Source: Paraspadella gotoi
Taxonomy: Eukaryota; Animalia; Chaetognatha
DNA length: 64,000 nucleotides
Assembly: GCA_051294375.1 (NCBI GenBank)
Contig: CM119266.1
Coordinates: 2,969,812-3,033,811 of the forward strand
Reading direction: 5' to 3'
The position numbers and the translations under genes were made by a program. Within the stretch, counting starts at the first letter, position 1; each line of letters opens with the position of its first letter. Below are positions 13,962-27,113 of the stretch, in pieces. The notes beneath the pieces are model-generated. The model made no database searches. It had not been told where the DNA came from and saw nothing but the letters and a program-made list of their open reading frames with translations.

Positions 13962-14179
13962 CCCTAAGTCTGTTATCAGGTTTTTCTTATCATTTCAACT
14001 ACGCGATGTTTTTCAGCACAGTCATTGCCCCCTTAGGCCCTGAGACACTTTTTTCAATCACCACCACGATTTCTTCGTGCCATCCTTTTCCTTTCCTTTC
14101 CTCTTTTCCTCCACTGATTTTCCTCCCTTCTTTCTCCCATCAATTCTTCCAATCTTTTTTCTCCAATCTCTTTCCTTCA

Positions 14180-14500
14180 CTACTTTTCCCACTTCCTTTG
14201 CTTCATTTCTTTCTTTAACTCATTTCCCCACTTCCTTTGCTTCTTTACGTTCAAACTCTCTTTTACAACATTCCTTTTCTTCATTTCTTTCTTTAACTCA
14301 TTTCCCCACTTCCTTTGCTTCATTACGTTCAAACTTTCCTTTACCCCATCCCTTTGCTTCATTTCTTTCTTTAACTCATTTCCCCACTTCCTTTGCTTCA
14401 TTACGTTCAAACTCTCCTTTACCCCATCCCTTTGCTTCATTTCTTTCTTTAACTCTTTTCCCCACTTCCTTTGCTTCACTTCTTTCTTTAACTCATTTCC
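14180..14500. repeat. Pyrimidine-rich minisatellite, about 81-bp period with internal subrepeats
   Basis: Repeated ctttaactcatttccccacttcctttgcttc blocks at about 81-bp spacing. Confidence 0.85.
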
Positions 14501-15225
14501 CCCAAACCTTTTCTTCCTTTCTTTCCATCACTCCTTTCCCTTCTCTCGTTTCTCGCCACTTTTTTCCCTTTTCTATAAACAAAATGGAAACATAACACGA
14601 TCCCCCAAAAATGGGGAAGAAAAAAAGCCCCAAAAAAATCCCTAAAAATAAAAGGTTGAAAAGATGAAATCTGATCCACGAATTTCTCTTTTGTTTCCTT
14701 TCATATTTTGAGATCTACTTCACATTTTCATGACGAAAAAAGAGTTTCCTATTTCCAGAGACAAGATATTTATATTTTTGGCAGCGGATGACGTCGATAA
14801 TATTTATTGCGGCCGCAGGAGCAGAAGCTGTGAAGCGATAACAATCGTGTGACAGCCGTGACAGTTGGTCGTGACAGTCGTGACAGTCGGTCGTGACAGT
14901 CCTGACAGTCGGTCGTGACAATCGTGACAGTCCGTATTGATAGTGAAAGTGATGATAGCGTAAAAGCCTTGACTTTCTTTACCTTAACTGACGGGAGTAT
15001 CCCTCTGGGCTTTCAGGATATTAAATTGATATTAGAAAATATAAAAAGAGGATAGAAATAAAAATAAAAATAAAAATAATTTTGGTCCATTGCTTCAAAT
15101 CTTGAAATAAAATATCTTTTTTTATTTAAATATTTTTAATTATTTATTTATTTATTTTTTTGATTCTCGGGAAATCGTTCGTTTCGCATTCAAGTCACGC
15201 AGAGGTGGCGAAATAGAGAGAGAGA

Positions 15226-15968
15226 NNNNNNNNNNNNNNNNNNNNNNNNNNNNNNNNNNNNNNNNNNNNNNNNNNNNNNNNNNNNNNNNNNNNNNNNNNN
15301 NNNNNNNNNNNNNNNNNNNNNNNNNNNNNNNNNNNNNNNNNNNNNNNNNNNNNNNNNNNNNNNNNNNNNNNNNNNNNNNNNNNNNNNNNNNNNNNNNNNN
15401 NNNNNNNNNNNNNNNNNNNNNNNNNNNNNNNNNNNNNNNNNNNNNNNNNNNNNNNNNNNNNNNNNNNNNNNNNNNNNNNNNNNNNNNNNNNNNNNNNNNN
15501 NNNNNNNNNNNNNNNNNNNNNNNNNNNNNNNNNNNNNNNNNNNNNNNNNNNNNNNNNNNNNNNNNNNNNNNNNNNNNNNNNNNNNNNNNNNNNNNNNNNN
15601 NNNNNNNNNNNNNNNNNNNNNNNNNNNNNNNNNNNNNNNNNNNNNNNNNNNNNNNNNNNNNNNNNNNNNNNNNNNNNNNNNNNNNNNNNNNNNNNNNNNN
15701 NNNNNNNNNNNNNNNNNNNNNNNNNNNNNNNNNNNNNNNNNNNNNNNNNNNNNNNNNNNNNNNNNNNNNNNNNNNNNNNNNNNNNNNNNNNNNNNNNNNN
15801 NNNNNNNNNNNNNNNNNNNNNNNNNNNNNNNNNNNNNNNNNNNNNNNNNNNNNNNNNNNNNNNNNNNNNNNNNNNNNNNNNNNNNNNNNNNNNNNNNNNN
15901 NNNNNNNNNNNNNNNNNNNNNNNNNNNNNNNNNNNNNNNNNNNNNNNNNNNNNNNNNNNNNNNNNNNN
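15226..15968. other. Assembly gap (N run)
   Basis: About 740 N. Shorter N runs occur near 9349, 10773, 22951, 51083 and 56797. Confidence 1.
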
Positions 15969-17829
15969 GGCTGTGATTGGCGGTGATAAATGAAGATTGG
16001 CGATCGGCAATTAGTGATGATAAACGGCGAACTGTGACAAGCTCTTATTAGTAAGGACGTTGATTCGTGAACGGATTCCTGTGTGATTTGTCGTGATTCA
16101 TTTTGACGGGTGACAATTTAAGGCGGCGGAGAGGAAATATTTTTCGGTGATGAAGTGGGGAAAAAAAGAAATTCATGAAATGATTTATTGATTGATTAAT
16201 TATTTCTTTTTTAGTGAGATTAAAAAAGCGGTCACTTTTTTCACTCTGGGATATGAAATATGTTTTTTTGGGTTCAGCCTTATGGTAAAATAGAAAAAAA
16301 AAATATTCCGAAAGAAGTCAGTGGTTTTTTTCATATATTTTTATATCGTTAGATGAGGAAGTTTCTCTTTAATCGGACTTCGCGTTGTTGAGAAATCTTA
16401 AGAAATCTATCAAAACTTCACCTCTTTTTTTCAACTTGTTCGCCTTATAACATTTTCGCCGATTCTGACTTCCTCTTACAAACTTATAATTCCGCTAGTT
16501 CATTTGATGAAAACTGGACCACTTCGTTTAAACCTGAACAATCGGTCGAGCTCTTGGGACAAGAGGCTTTTGGAATCTCATAATTCAAGTGCCATTTATA
16601 ATTAGGAGTCTACGTCGTTCTTAGAGATCGAGGAAGACTTTTTCAATGGAGATTTTCGTTCAAATCTGACTACCAAACAATATAAACGCTCCTGGTAAAA
16701 ATTCCAGTAAAATATCGATGTAAAAACACTTGATTTCGATCCTGTTGTATCTGAAGGGCTCGCATTTTTTTTCTCTTGTCAAATCATCAACATCTTGATA
16801 TCAAACAAGCCAGAACAAATAGACTGCTTCTGGACGAAAAAAGTTTTTATCTCTGATTTTATATAGAAATGAAAGAGATTTTTTTTCTTGAAAATGATAT
16901 AAACGTGACTGAGGTATGTTCCTGTTCAACAAATGACATCCAATTTTGGAATCCTTTGGCAAAGTTTCTGAAGGGCTCTCAAAATTTTTCTTTACATTTT
17001 ATTGGGTTATTTTGATATGATACGATCATGGTAAAGTGAATTAGTCCATTTTGGTGAAATTTTTATTTAAAGTAAAAGTAAAAGAGGAGCTCACGATCGA
17101 AATTCTAAGAGTTTTCAACCGGGAGTCAGATTTTGGAAAAATCTTCTATGGGGAAAATCTTCCAAATAAAGGGTGGATTTTCCGAAGATTTTGGTTAATA
17201 TTTTCAATATTTATAGTCGGATTTTTTTGAAACTTAATATTAACAATATTGCCCTCATTCTACCTTGGCCGATATAAGAATATATTAAAAAAACCTCGGG
17301 CTTTGTTTGTCAGAGCTTAGTCCTATTATAATGCTAACATACCGTAATCCCGTTTGTAATTTTAAAAAAGTGAAATCTCCCTTTCATTTCTATATTATAT
17401 GCAAATTATATGCATTTTTAACGTAAGTGGGGCAGACATACCGACCGACAGACTGACCGACAGAAAAGTGACTTAAAACTTAAAAGTATAAGAAGGAGAA
17501 AGGAGAAAAGACTTCAGGAGTATCAAGCCACGAAAACCAAAATCTCGGGCGATCGCCGCAGGCATGGAATCGCCGACTCATGATTGGAACCAGCCTCTGA
17601 TCCTCTTCTCAGCTATAAATAGATTCAGACTGTTTTAGTTTCAGTAGCATTGAACAAGACCTCGCCCGTGCTTTGCCGTCTCTATTAATTCTCATAAAAT
17701 CTTATCCTGATTTCATCCTAGAAAATCTAATGATTTTTTTTGCTTAAATGTGGTGGCAGCCGTGAGATTCTAACCCACGCCTCTCAAAAATTAATTTTAG
17801 TCCGTTTTCCCTTGATTCATGGCATTTTT

Positions 17830-18015
17830 TCTCCCTCCACCCTTCCTTTTCGCCTCTCCCCCCTCCATTCTTCTCCCTCTACCCTTCCTTTTCCCTCTCC
17901 CCCTCCATTCTTCTCCCTCCACCCTTCCTTTTCCCTCTCCCCCCTCCATTCTTCTCCCTCCACCCTTCCTTTCCCTCTCCACCTCTCCATTCTTCTCCCT
18001 CCACCCTTCCTTTCC
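17830..18015. repeat. About 40-bp pyrimidine minisatellite directly upstream of an acceptor
   Basis: Repeated ctccctccacccttccttttccctctccccctccattctt. Confidence 0.9.
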
Positions 18016-18053
18016 CCTTTCCCCTCCAACCCCCCCTCTTCCCCCTTCCCCAG

Positions 18054-18225
18054 AATCGCCGGCGCAAAACGATCGACGAAGGAGGATCTCTTCAACACCT
18101 CCTCTTCCTCCTCCTCCTCTTCCTCCGCCGGCAACTCGGTCTACAAAGGAAGATCGATGCGACTCGAGGATCAAACTTACGTCATCTACGATTTGGAGAC
18201 GAACATCAACAGCATGAGGAAGTGA
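18054..18225 (+). CDS. Candidate terminal exon, unknown protein (IAGAKRSTKEDLFNTSSSSSSSSSAGNSVYKGRSMRLEDQTYVIYDLETNINSMRK*)
   Basis: cccttccccag acceptor, coding-like codon usage, non-repetitive island between two minisatellites. Confidence 0.5.
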
Positions 18226-18359
18226 ACGCGAGGAAAGGAGTGGGGGGAAGTGAACGGAGAAGCGAACGATGGGGAAGTAAATTGGGGAAGTGAATGGGGG
18301 AAGAGAACTGTTGGAGGGGGGGAGTGAACGAGGAAAATAAACGAGGGAAAGTTAAATGC

Positions 18360-18655
18360 GGAAGTGAACGGGAAAAAATGAACGGAGAGGAAGTGAATGA
18401 GGGAAGTGAATAGTGGGAAGTGAACGAGGGAGAAGTGAACGAGGGAAGTGAATATTGGGAAGTGAACTAGGGAGAAGTGAATGAGGGAAGTTAATAGTGG
18501 AAAGTGAACGAGGGAGAAGTGAATGAGGGAAGTTAATAGTGTGAAGTGAACGAGGGAGAAGTGAACGAGGGAAGTTAATAGTGAGAAGTGAACGAGGGAG
18601 AAGTGAATGAGGGAAGTTAATAGTGAGAAGTGAACGAGGGAGAAGTGAATGAGTG
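18360..18655. repeat. About 42-bp minisatellite built from gaagtgaa subunits
   Basis: Repeated gaagtgaacgagggagaagtgaatgagggaagttaatagt. Confidence 0.9.
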
Positions 18656-19019
18656 AAAAACACGGGGGAAAGTGAAAAAGAGAATTGGAAGGAGGAATGA
18701 AGTCGATGCAAAATCAATTTCGATCGAAGATAAAAAGAAAAGAAAAGAAAAGAAAAGAAAAGAAAAGAAAAGAAAAGAAAAGAAAAGAAAACGGCCCTGT
18801 TACAAAACAAACTAAAGAAAACTGGGACCGAAACGGGATTCTTAACTTCTGTCGATTAATAATGCAATTATCTCGAGAGTAAAAAATCTCTGGATTTCTA
18901 AAATGTATTTGTTTTTCCGGCTGAGATTTCGATGCAAAAATAAAAAGATGCGAAATTAGTCGGAAAAAATTTGTTTTCTCTCAATGTTTTTGAAAACAGC
19001 GGTCTAGATGAGAAAGAAA

Positions 19020-19068
<49 letters not shown>

Positions 19069-19384
19069 CAAGATAAGAATAACAATTTTCGTTTCTCTTT
19101 GTTTGTATTTAGCTCAAAAGAGACAAAGTTTGACCGAGGATTTACTGACAGAAAAAAAAATCTTTCAAATTCTTTAAAACAGAAATCGTCGTCGTCGTCG
19201 TCGTCGTCGTCGTCATTGCCTCTTTTTCTGCCAGGAAATTTCGTACTTGTGACTGGATACTAACTCTTTGAATTGGTTTCAAACGGTAACGCGATACTTG
19301 CTGACTACGAAAATATTGCTTGATTAACTGGTTGGAAGATTCTTTGCTTGACTGCTTGCTTCTCTTATTCTCGCTCATCCACGC

Positions 19385-19457
<73 letters not shown>

Positions 19458-19741
19458 ATTCTCTCTCGTGATCAAATCGATCGGCTTTTTTCACCTTCCC
19501 GCGTCATCATCAAACACTTTGTCAGCATCTTCGTGCCACTGTCATTCATTTGCCGACAGTTTTTCTCATTTTTTTACACTACATTTATTGCCATTAACAA
19601 TTTTCCTTCTTGTTCCATTAGCTAAGTCTTGGCAGTCTCCCATCGGAACTTCCCCTTTTCTCCTTTACTCTTGCCAGTTCCCCTCCGTCTCCGTTTGCCA
19701 CTTCCCCCTTCTTTTTTTACCACGTCCCCCTTCCGCCCAAC

Positions 19742-19880
19742 CTGCCATTTCCCCGGGTCCTTCTCATCGTTGATCTCTTGTATCTCTTCTTCGGTGGGCG
19801 TGGCAGCGCGGGACGGCAGCGCAGCGGCGGCGCCTGACGACGTCGAGTATCGCGCCAGCTGGAGGATGGTGGGTTGGAAG
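19742..19880 (-). CDS. Exon C of an uncharacterised minus-strand gene (FQPTILQLARYSTSSGAAAALPSRAATPTEEEIQEINDEKDPGKWQ)
   Basis: cccttcag acceptor, CAG|gttggg donor; the phase-2 start matches the end of exon 21458-21662. Confidence 0.65.
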
Positions 19881-20159
19881 CTGAAGGGAGTTTGAGGTGG
19901 GAGTTGGGGTGGTCCGGGAGTGGTGGAAGAGATGGGGGAAGAGTGGATAAGTGAGGCCGATTGCAGAATCCAATTGCAGATTGCAGAATGCATGTAACTC
20001 TCAATCCTTTCATTCACTCGAAAATCGAGGTCACATTTCAGACGCGAATAAAATCGAATCACATTGTGAAGAGTTTTCGTGAACTCTGCTTATCACACTC
20101 GACAATTCACAATCTCTCGCTGGACGCAAATTAAAAAGAAAAAAAGAGAAGAACTCATC

Positions 20160-20198
<39 letters not shown>

Positions 20199-20643
20199 GA
20201 GAGAGATAGTTGGGAAGAAGAGGAGAAAGAGAGCAGAGAGAGAGAGGAAAGAGAGAAGAGAAAGAGAGAGAGAAAGATAGAAATTTCAAAATCCACCGCC
20301 ATTACTAAACTCGACAACAGTTCACATGGGAATTTTTGTTTGCTGTGACTTCAGTTTAACTGCGCCAGAGAGAATTTTGGATGTACCGTCGGTGCGGATT
20401 ACGACGAATATGAACGAACCGGAATTACAGAAAAACTGGAAATAAACTAAAGCGAAAATGGACGATTTTGAGCACAAAAAAGGGAAAATGGAAAAAAATG
20501 GAGAGAAAAAAAGGGAAAAACTGAATTCGAATTAAATGAAACGAAAAAAAGGAAGAATCGAACAGAAAGAGTCGGAGGCAGCGATGCAGAGAACACGCGA
20601 GTCGCGACAACAATAACATGGAATTTAAATGTTACTCTCTCTT

Positions 20644-20704
<61 letters not shown>

Positions 20705-21092
20705 ACCCCTCTATTCTTTTTTCTACCGTCGTTTTTTGATTCATTATCATAAATGCTTTTTTTTTACAAAAAGAAATCTTTGGAATTGAAAATTGCAATA
20801 TGCAAATGAGATTACGATTCTCTTTCACGAGATGAAAGGAAAAACGCGCCGACGTCATTTGTTTTTTCTTCTTCACGGTCGCCGCCTCCGCCATCTGTGA
20901 TCGCGAGACGGAAGTTTATATATATCGAGAATTGGATTCTTTTGGTCGAAAACAAAATAGCATCGAGGATGGAATCGACCGAACGAAGAAACCAATATTA
21001 AAAGGATTCGATCGCGCGGCTGAGACGTAATACGTCTACGTCTTTTCTTTTGTCTTTTGTTTTTATTAATGTATCTTTATATATATATATAT

Positions 21093-21212
21093 ATGGATAA
21101 GGCGCTTAGTGGGCTGAATACTACTATCCGTAACTTCTGTGCCCCCTCAGAAGCCATAGAACGGGTCCTGGGCTTGGAACCAGGCTTGAGTGTTTTCCAC
21201 GCGTTGTTACCT
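21093..21212 (-). mobile_element. Probable 5'-truncated piece of a twister-bearing short element (P4/L4 half only)
   Basis: Minus strand has CCTGG-TTCCAAGC-CCAGG (twister-type P4 with a U-NNN-AAGC loop), a downstream CTTCTG/CAGAAG hairpin and a terminal (AT)n run. Confidence 0.4.
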
Positions 21213-21457
21213 TGCGTTGCATTTAATTTCGAGCCATTGCGCTGCATTCGTAATTTAAGCCACCGCATTTATATTGCGTTTCTTTTTTTGTAGATTGTAT
21301 TGAACAGAATCGCATTTCATTCTAATGTATTCAATTGCAATTTATAGCATATTGCAGTGCATTGCATCCAATTGGCATCCAATTCTATTGCATTCTATTG
21401 CACTCCATCTCATTGCATTCTAATTCATTGCAACTAATTTCATTCCATTGCAATCAC

Positions 21458-21662
21458 CTCGGCGCCGTGGCTGTTTCCTTCTTCAACCGAAAAAGCTTTG
21501 CCCGAAATTCGGCCGAAGCCTCTTGAAACGAAGCCCTCGTTTGGCCGACAAAAGAACCTCTGCTTTGCCCGACAAAGGATTTGGTCTGCCGACTGGTGAA
21601 GGATTTGCTGAGTCGACCGGCGATAGACGTCGGACGGAGTGTTGGGGCTTGCCCGTCGCTGC
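21458..21662 (-). CDS. Exon B of the uncharacterised minus-strand gene (SDGQAPTLRPTSIAGRLSKSFTSRQTKSFVGQSRGSFVGQTRASFQEASAEFRAKLFRLKKETATAP)
   Basis: cccag acceptor, GAG|gtgatt donor, 205 nt, phase 1 to phase 2, compatible with both neighbouring exons. Confidence 0.7.
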
Positions 21663-22009
21663 CTGGGATCGAGCAAAACAGTATTAACCGGTCTCTGTTG
21701 CTGTCTGTCTTTCTGTCTCTTGGTCTATGTCTGACTCTCTGTTGCTGTCTGTCTTTCTGTCTCTTAGTCTATCCCTGACTCTCTTCCTCTCTCCCGATCT
21801 CTCAGCTGAACAGCTGGACAGCTGCGAATATACCAATAGTTTACAACTTATTTTTCTTTTTTTTCAATTTATCCGTTTTTTAAAATTTACTTCCTCTACT
21901 TATATTTTCTTGAAAGATTTTCCCCCAAGGGCCTCATTTCTTCGTATAATCCCTTCCCTTTTCTCTCTCTCTTTGCCAACTTCTTTTCTTTCCTCTTTTC
22001 CTCATTGCC

Positions 22010-22400
22010 CTCATTATCGTGCCGACCCTTTCATCCTTTCCTTCTTCGTAGTGACACTCATCGCCCTCATTCACCTGTCGACCCTTTCATCCTTTCCTTA
22101 TTCGTAGTGACACTCATTGCCTTCATTCAACCTGTCGACCCTTTCATCCTTTCCTTCTTTGTAGTGACACTCATTGCCCTCATTCACCTGTCGACCCTTT
22201 CCTCCTTTTCTCTTCGTAGTGACACTCATCGCCCTCATTCACCTGTCGACTCCCTTTCCTCCTTTCTTCCTTCGTAGTGCAGCTTCATGCCCCTCATTCA
22301 CTGTCCGATCCCTTTCCTCCTTTCCTTCTTCATAGTGACACTCATTGCCCTCATTCACCTGTCGACCCTTTCCTCCTTTCCTCCTTCGTAGTGAAGCTCA
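22010..22400. repeat. About 57-bp minisatellite whose unit contains the exon end and splice donor of exon A
   Basis: 6-7 copies of ctcattcacctgtcgaccctttcctcctttccttcttcgtagtgacactcattgcc. Confidence 0.9.
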
Positions 22401-23491
22401 TCGGCCTCGCTTCCATCCTCTTCCGCCCTCTCGTCTCTCCTTTCCACGAGAGGCTGAGGAACGCCTCCGATCGGCGGTGAATTCCGAGAACGCCCCGGTT
22501 CGGTTTCGAGAGGCAAGCGGCGCTGGCGGCGGAATTAGCGGCGCCGCTCCGGGAGACGGCGGGCGAGTTGGCGGCGCTGCGTGAGACGGGGACGTGAGGG
22601 ACGAAGGCGCCGCGGACGGAAGCGGCGACGTCGGCGACATTGACGGCGTAAGCGTCGACGTTTGCGGATTTTTCTGCGGCGTCGTCGGCCATATTGGCGG
22701 CGTCGTAGGCGAATGGAACCGTCTCTTGGGCGCCGTCGAGTTTCGATTCAGTTTTAACGGCGCCGCGTTCAATCTCTGAATCAGCGCCATTTTTACCGGC
22801 GCCGTCTTTTTCCATTTCGTTGTCGTTTTCTATTTGGGCGACCTTCTCGGCGGCGGCGGTGTCCGTCGACGCTTCGTTCGACTTCCGGTTGGCGCTGATT
22901 CGATCGAACTCGTTACTGTTTTTGTCGGTGATGATTTTGTCGTCGTCGTCNNNNNNNNNNTCGTCGTCGACGTCGTCGCCTCTCGACTTTTCTTCCCTTC
23001 CTTCGTTATCGCTTGCAAATGAAGTTCCGTGGAAGAGATTAGCGTCGGAGGGCGAGTTGGACGACGCCGGTCTCGACGACGACGACGCCGACGACGCCGC
23101 CACGGCAGAGTTACAATCGTCGTCCGCGACTCTTTGAGATTCAAACGGTTGGACGCCGCTCGCTACGGCGCCCCCGGCGTCGTTACGAATCTCGGCGCCG
23201 CTTTTTTTCTCTCCATCGTCGTCGGCGTCGTTTATCGCGACGATCGGGGCGAATGGAATCGACGCCGCATCGAATGGAATCGACGCCGAATCCTGAGTCG
23301 CCATTTTAGAAGTCAAATCGTGGCTGGGGAGCAGCGGCGCCGGTTTGCGGTGGCGGCGACCGAGAGCGGCGACAAAATCGCGCTCATGGTTTTTTTTCGC
23401 GGCGTCGAAAGTGGATTTGGAATTTGATGGGAGAGAAATTGATGGAGGTTGATGATGGAGTTTGATGTTGTTAATGTTGGTGTTAATGTTG
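22359..23491 (-). CDS. Large exon A of the uncharacterised minus-strand gene; Ala/Asp/Ser-rich, probably disordered (about 377 codons)
   Basis: Open frame from a (ctt)n-ccag acceptor to an ACAG|gtgaat donor; GC-rich; contains ORF 22351-23316; the phase-1 end fits exon B. Includes a 10-N gap. Confidence 0.75.
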
Positions 23492-24286
23492 CTGGAAGAA
23501 GAAGAAGAAGAAGAAGAAGACTGAAGAAGAAGACTGTGAAGAAGAAGAAGAAGAAGAAGAAGAAGAAGACTGTGAGATTGAGTCTTCTACGTAGATCTTA
23601 TTAAGGATCGACTATCAAGTACGACGAGAAATGTCTTCGTTTCCAAACCACAAAATATCAGCATCTCTTTCGTCTCTGGCATCTGTTGGAGTGGAAGGCT
23701 CAAGTTTAACAGATGGCATCTGTAATAAAATCAAGACAGATGTCAAAACGTCGCCAGACGCTTCGAGGCAATGACGTAAAAAAATAAAGATCTGACTCCC
23801 AGCAAGCCAACGATTTATTTTCGAAAAATATAATCACGTGATTCTGTTTTGGTCACGTGACACGATTTCATCCGGGATCTTGTGAAGAGACAATTCGAGT
23901 TGCCCCATTTTTGTCTGCACCCACCCACGGGTAAGGGGCTTGCAAGGTTTGCCGCCCTCACAGCCCGACTTAAATCTCACGTGAAGGAGAACGATTTGGG
24001 ATCGAAAATCTAACAATTATTTTTACCATTTGTTTGTTTAGAACATCGGGGCCAACGGGTCAACGGGAGGGAAACGATATGACTTATGAATGTGACGTCG
24101 GCACGAGGAAAAAAGATGTGTCGGTTTGGAGAAAGGAGAAAATTAATGAGGTCTGTCGCCAACGAGGTCGATTTGAAAAAAAGAATGGGGAGAGCGTGGC
24201 AAAAATGGCGTGGCAAAGTCAATTGACCGTGACTTTGGCCCTGGAATTACCATCTGTTAGACAAACCTGAGACAAACGATAAGATA

Positions 24287-24473
24287 ATGGCAATGGCAAG
24301 CAATTGGTCATTGTAAGCTATTTGTCGGTGCATGGTAATCGCAATGGCAAGTAATTGGTCATTGTAAGCTATTCGTCGGTGCATGCTAATCGCAATGGCA
24401 AGTAATTGGTCAATGTAAGCTATTTGTCGGTGCATGCTAATCGCAATGGCAAGTAATTGGTCATTGTAAGCTA
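24287..24473. repeat. 54-bp tandem repeat, about 3.5 copies
   Basis: gcaatggcaagtaattggtcattgtaagctatttgtcggtgcatgctaatc repeated. Confidence 0.9.
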
Positions 24474-24867
24474 TCGGGTGACGTCGCTGTACACGTTACG
24501 AATTGGGCGTCATCTCTGTACGCGAGATCCCTTCGACTTTGGACGAAGATTTAAACTTGTAAGAAGGAAAGAAGCGAGCGAGAAATCACTTAGCGGAGAG
24601 TCAATTCTGGTAAAAAAAGAAATTAATATTGTATAGTGAATATACAAAGAAAAATGTTCATTATTCAGATTATTATCGAACGCTGCTATCAAAAAACGCT
24701 TTTTTCCCGAGAGATAAAACTTTTAAATTATTTGTAAAAAAAATGTGTTTGAGTCTCACGGATTACGTTAAGAGAATTGCAGCGCGACGAAGATTCGATT
24801 TGCGGCGCTGAAAATTCTATTTGCGATTGGAAGTGACGGCAAAGGATTTATCTCGAACACAACTTTG

Positions 24868-24991
<124 letters not shown>

Positions 24992-26246
24992 CACATATAG
25001 ACGTATAGAGCGAGAGAGGTCGGCGATAAATATTTTATCAATCGCGGGCGGACGACGGGAAAGAACGCGTTGATCGATGAGGTAATAAAACGGATGGAAA
25101 AAAATTGAGATAAATCCTGGAAAATATAAAAGAAAAAAAATGAGGAAAATCGAAATAAAAATGGGATTCAGGCTCAAAAAAGAAAATAGAATAAAAAAAG
25201 GAAAACAGATTGATATGCGCCTTGAGGAAAAACATCGTAAAAAATAAGAATAAAAAAAAATTCAAAAAATTGTAAAATTATAAAAAAATAAAAACGAAAC
25301 ATTGTTTTTTTGTTATCGTAAACGAAGAGGTGAGGTCTCGCAAAGTGGGGTCTTAACCTTTTATCTTTAGGTTAAGAAAAAAAGCGGGAAAATCTCTATG
25401 AGATTTCATCCGTAGAATAAAAAAAATTCTATATGCGAATCACGAATTCACGAATTGTTCTCGCGGACTTTGGCGCCAAAGCGAATTTCACGCGACGCCG
25501 ACGCAAACGACGACGATAATAACGAGGACGGGGAAAGGCGCTAACGACGACGACGACGACGACGACGACTTTGTGAAGTACAACGCTGAGCGAATGTCGA
25601 CGGTAACGACGATAACAATGACGATGACCACGACGACGACGAAGTTAAAGATGGCGACGTCAATTCTTGAGGCCAACATTGAATACAATTTTAAAACAGA
25701 AAAAAAACTTCTATCAAAATATATTACAATAACCTACTTAGTTAGTTAAAACTAAATCCCAAGCCTTCAAAAGTGCCATTAAAGTGTTCTTCCTACAACC
25801 TATAGTATAAGGGAGAATCTCCCATCAAAAGCTTGGTATCACCCGAGGGAAGCCTGCTTGGTGCTTGCAGAAGAAACCTTTCTGAAAATTTTTTTCTTTC
25901 TTTCTTTTTTTTTTGTAAAAAAAGTTTTCTCCGGAAGAGGGCGCGGGAGAACTCATAAGTCAACGCAAAATTCGAATTAAAAAAGACATAACGCAAAAAT
26001 GGAAACGAGAAACGTCGACGACGACGACGACGACGACATCAATGAGTAACGACGACGACGACGACGACGAAAAGATCTAAAAATAAAAGAGAAAATGGTT
26101 CACAGGTCGTTGGCGTCGACGAATATCGGATATGAAGATAAGAGATTAGAGATTAGAGAGTGACAGATTACAGATGGGGAATCATGAATAAGACATTAGA
26201 TATCAGTGATGAAACATGTACACTTTCACAGGTATAATAAGAGATA

Positions 26247-27113
26247 AAGGGGTGGGACCATATATCGAGGCAAAACTTAACGTCCTGCCCTTTCTGAACG
26301 ATTTGATTTACAATAATAAAATGAGTGGCAAAAGTTTTTTTGGCTTTTTACCTTTATATACAATGAAAAAAAAAATTTAGCAACTACAAGGCGTCGGGGA
26401 TGTTTTCAAAACATTTAGTCGTTTTTATGCACGCGCATTGTATTGCATACGATAAAAGCCATACTTAATATTTTTCAGTAGTCGTTTCTGAACATGACAG
26501 TGTAATGTCTTATCTTCAATTCACCTGATTTTAAACTTTTCATCACTATCCAAATTAAACCTATTTAATTTTTTTTTAGGTAAGTAAAACAAAATTTTCG
26601 GAATATTTTAACGAATATGCTTAAATTGTCAAATACTTGTGTTTCTTACCTTTTTGACATTTTTGTTATGCTTTCAGAAATCTTACATGATTAATTATCT
26701 GACAATATCGTTATTAATTTCATGATAAAAGTAAGTTTTAATAAAAATTAAACCATAACAGTAACTTACCCAAACCTTACCTGCTTGCTTTAAAATTTTT
26801 TAACCAAAATAACATGTACACCTCGCCAGAAGCATTATTATTCTACAAATAAGTATTTCCATTAATATTTTTAACTGTTATGTATTAGAAAAAGATTAAA
26901 CAATAAGTATTCAAGCATTTTTCTTCTAAACAGCGCGGAGAAAACCGAGGACTTGCTGCCTCAAAAAAAGCATAATATCAAATAATTTCAAAACAATTAA
27001 TATATCATCTAAAAGCTAAGAGAGAGTACTATATTTACTTAAATTTTAAAAATCATTAAGAGCTTTAGAGTAATGATTTTTTCAATTTGTCTCGTTTTAG
27101 GGTCCCACCCCTG
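26247..27113. mobile_element. Non-autonomous Tc1/mariner-type MITE
   Basis: Imperfect about 28-bp terminal inverted repeats (aaggggtgggaccatatatcgaggcaaa / tttgtctcgttttagggtcccacccctg), flanked by TA on both sides, AT-rich non-coding interior. Confidence 0.7.
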
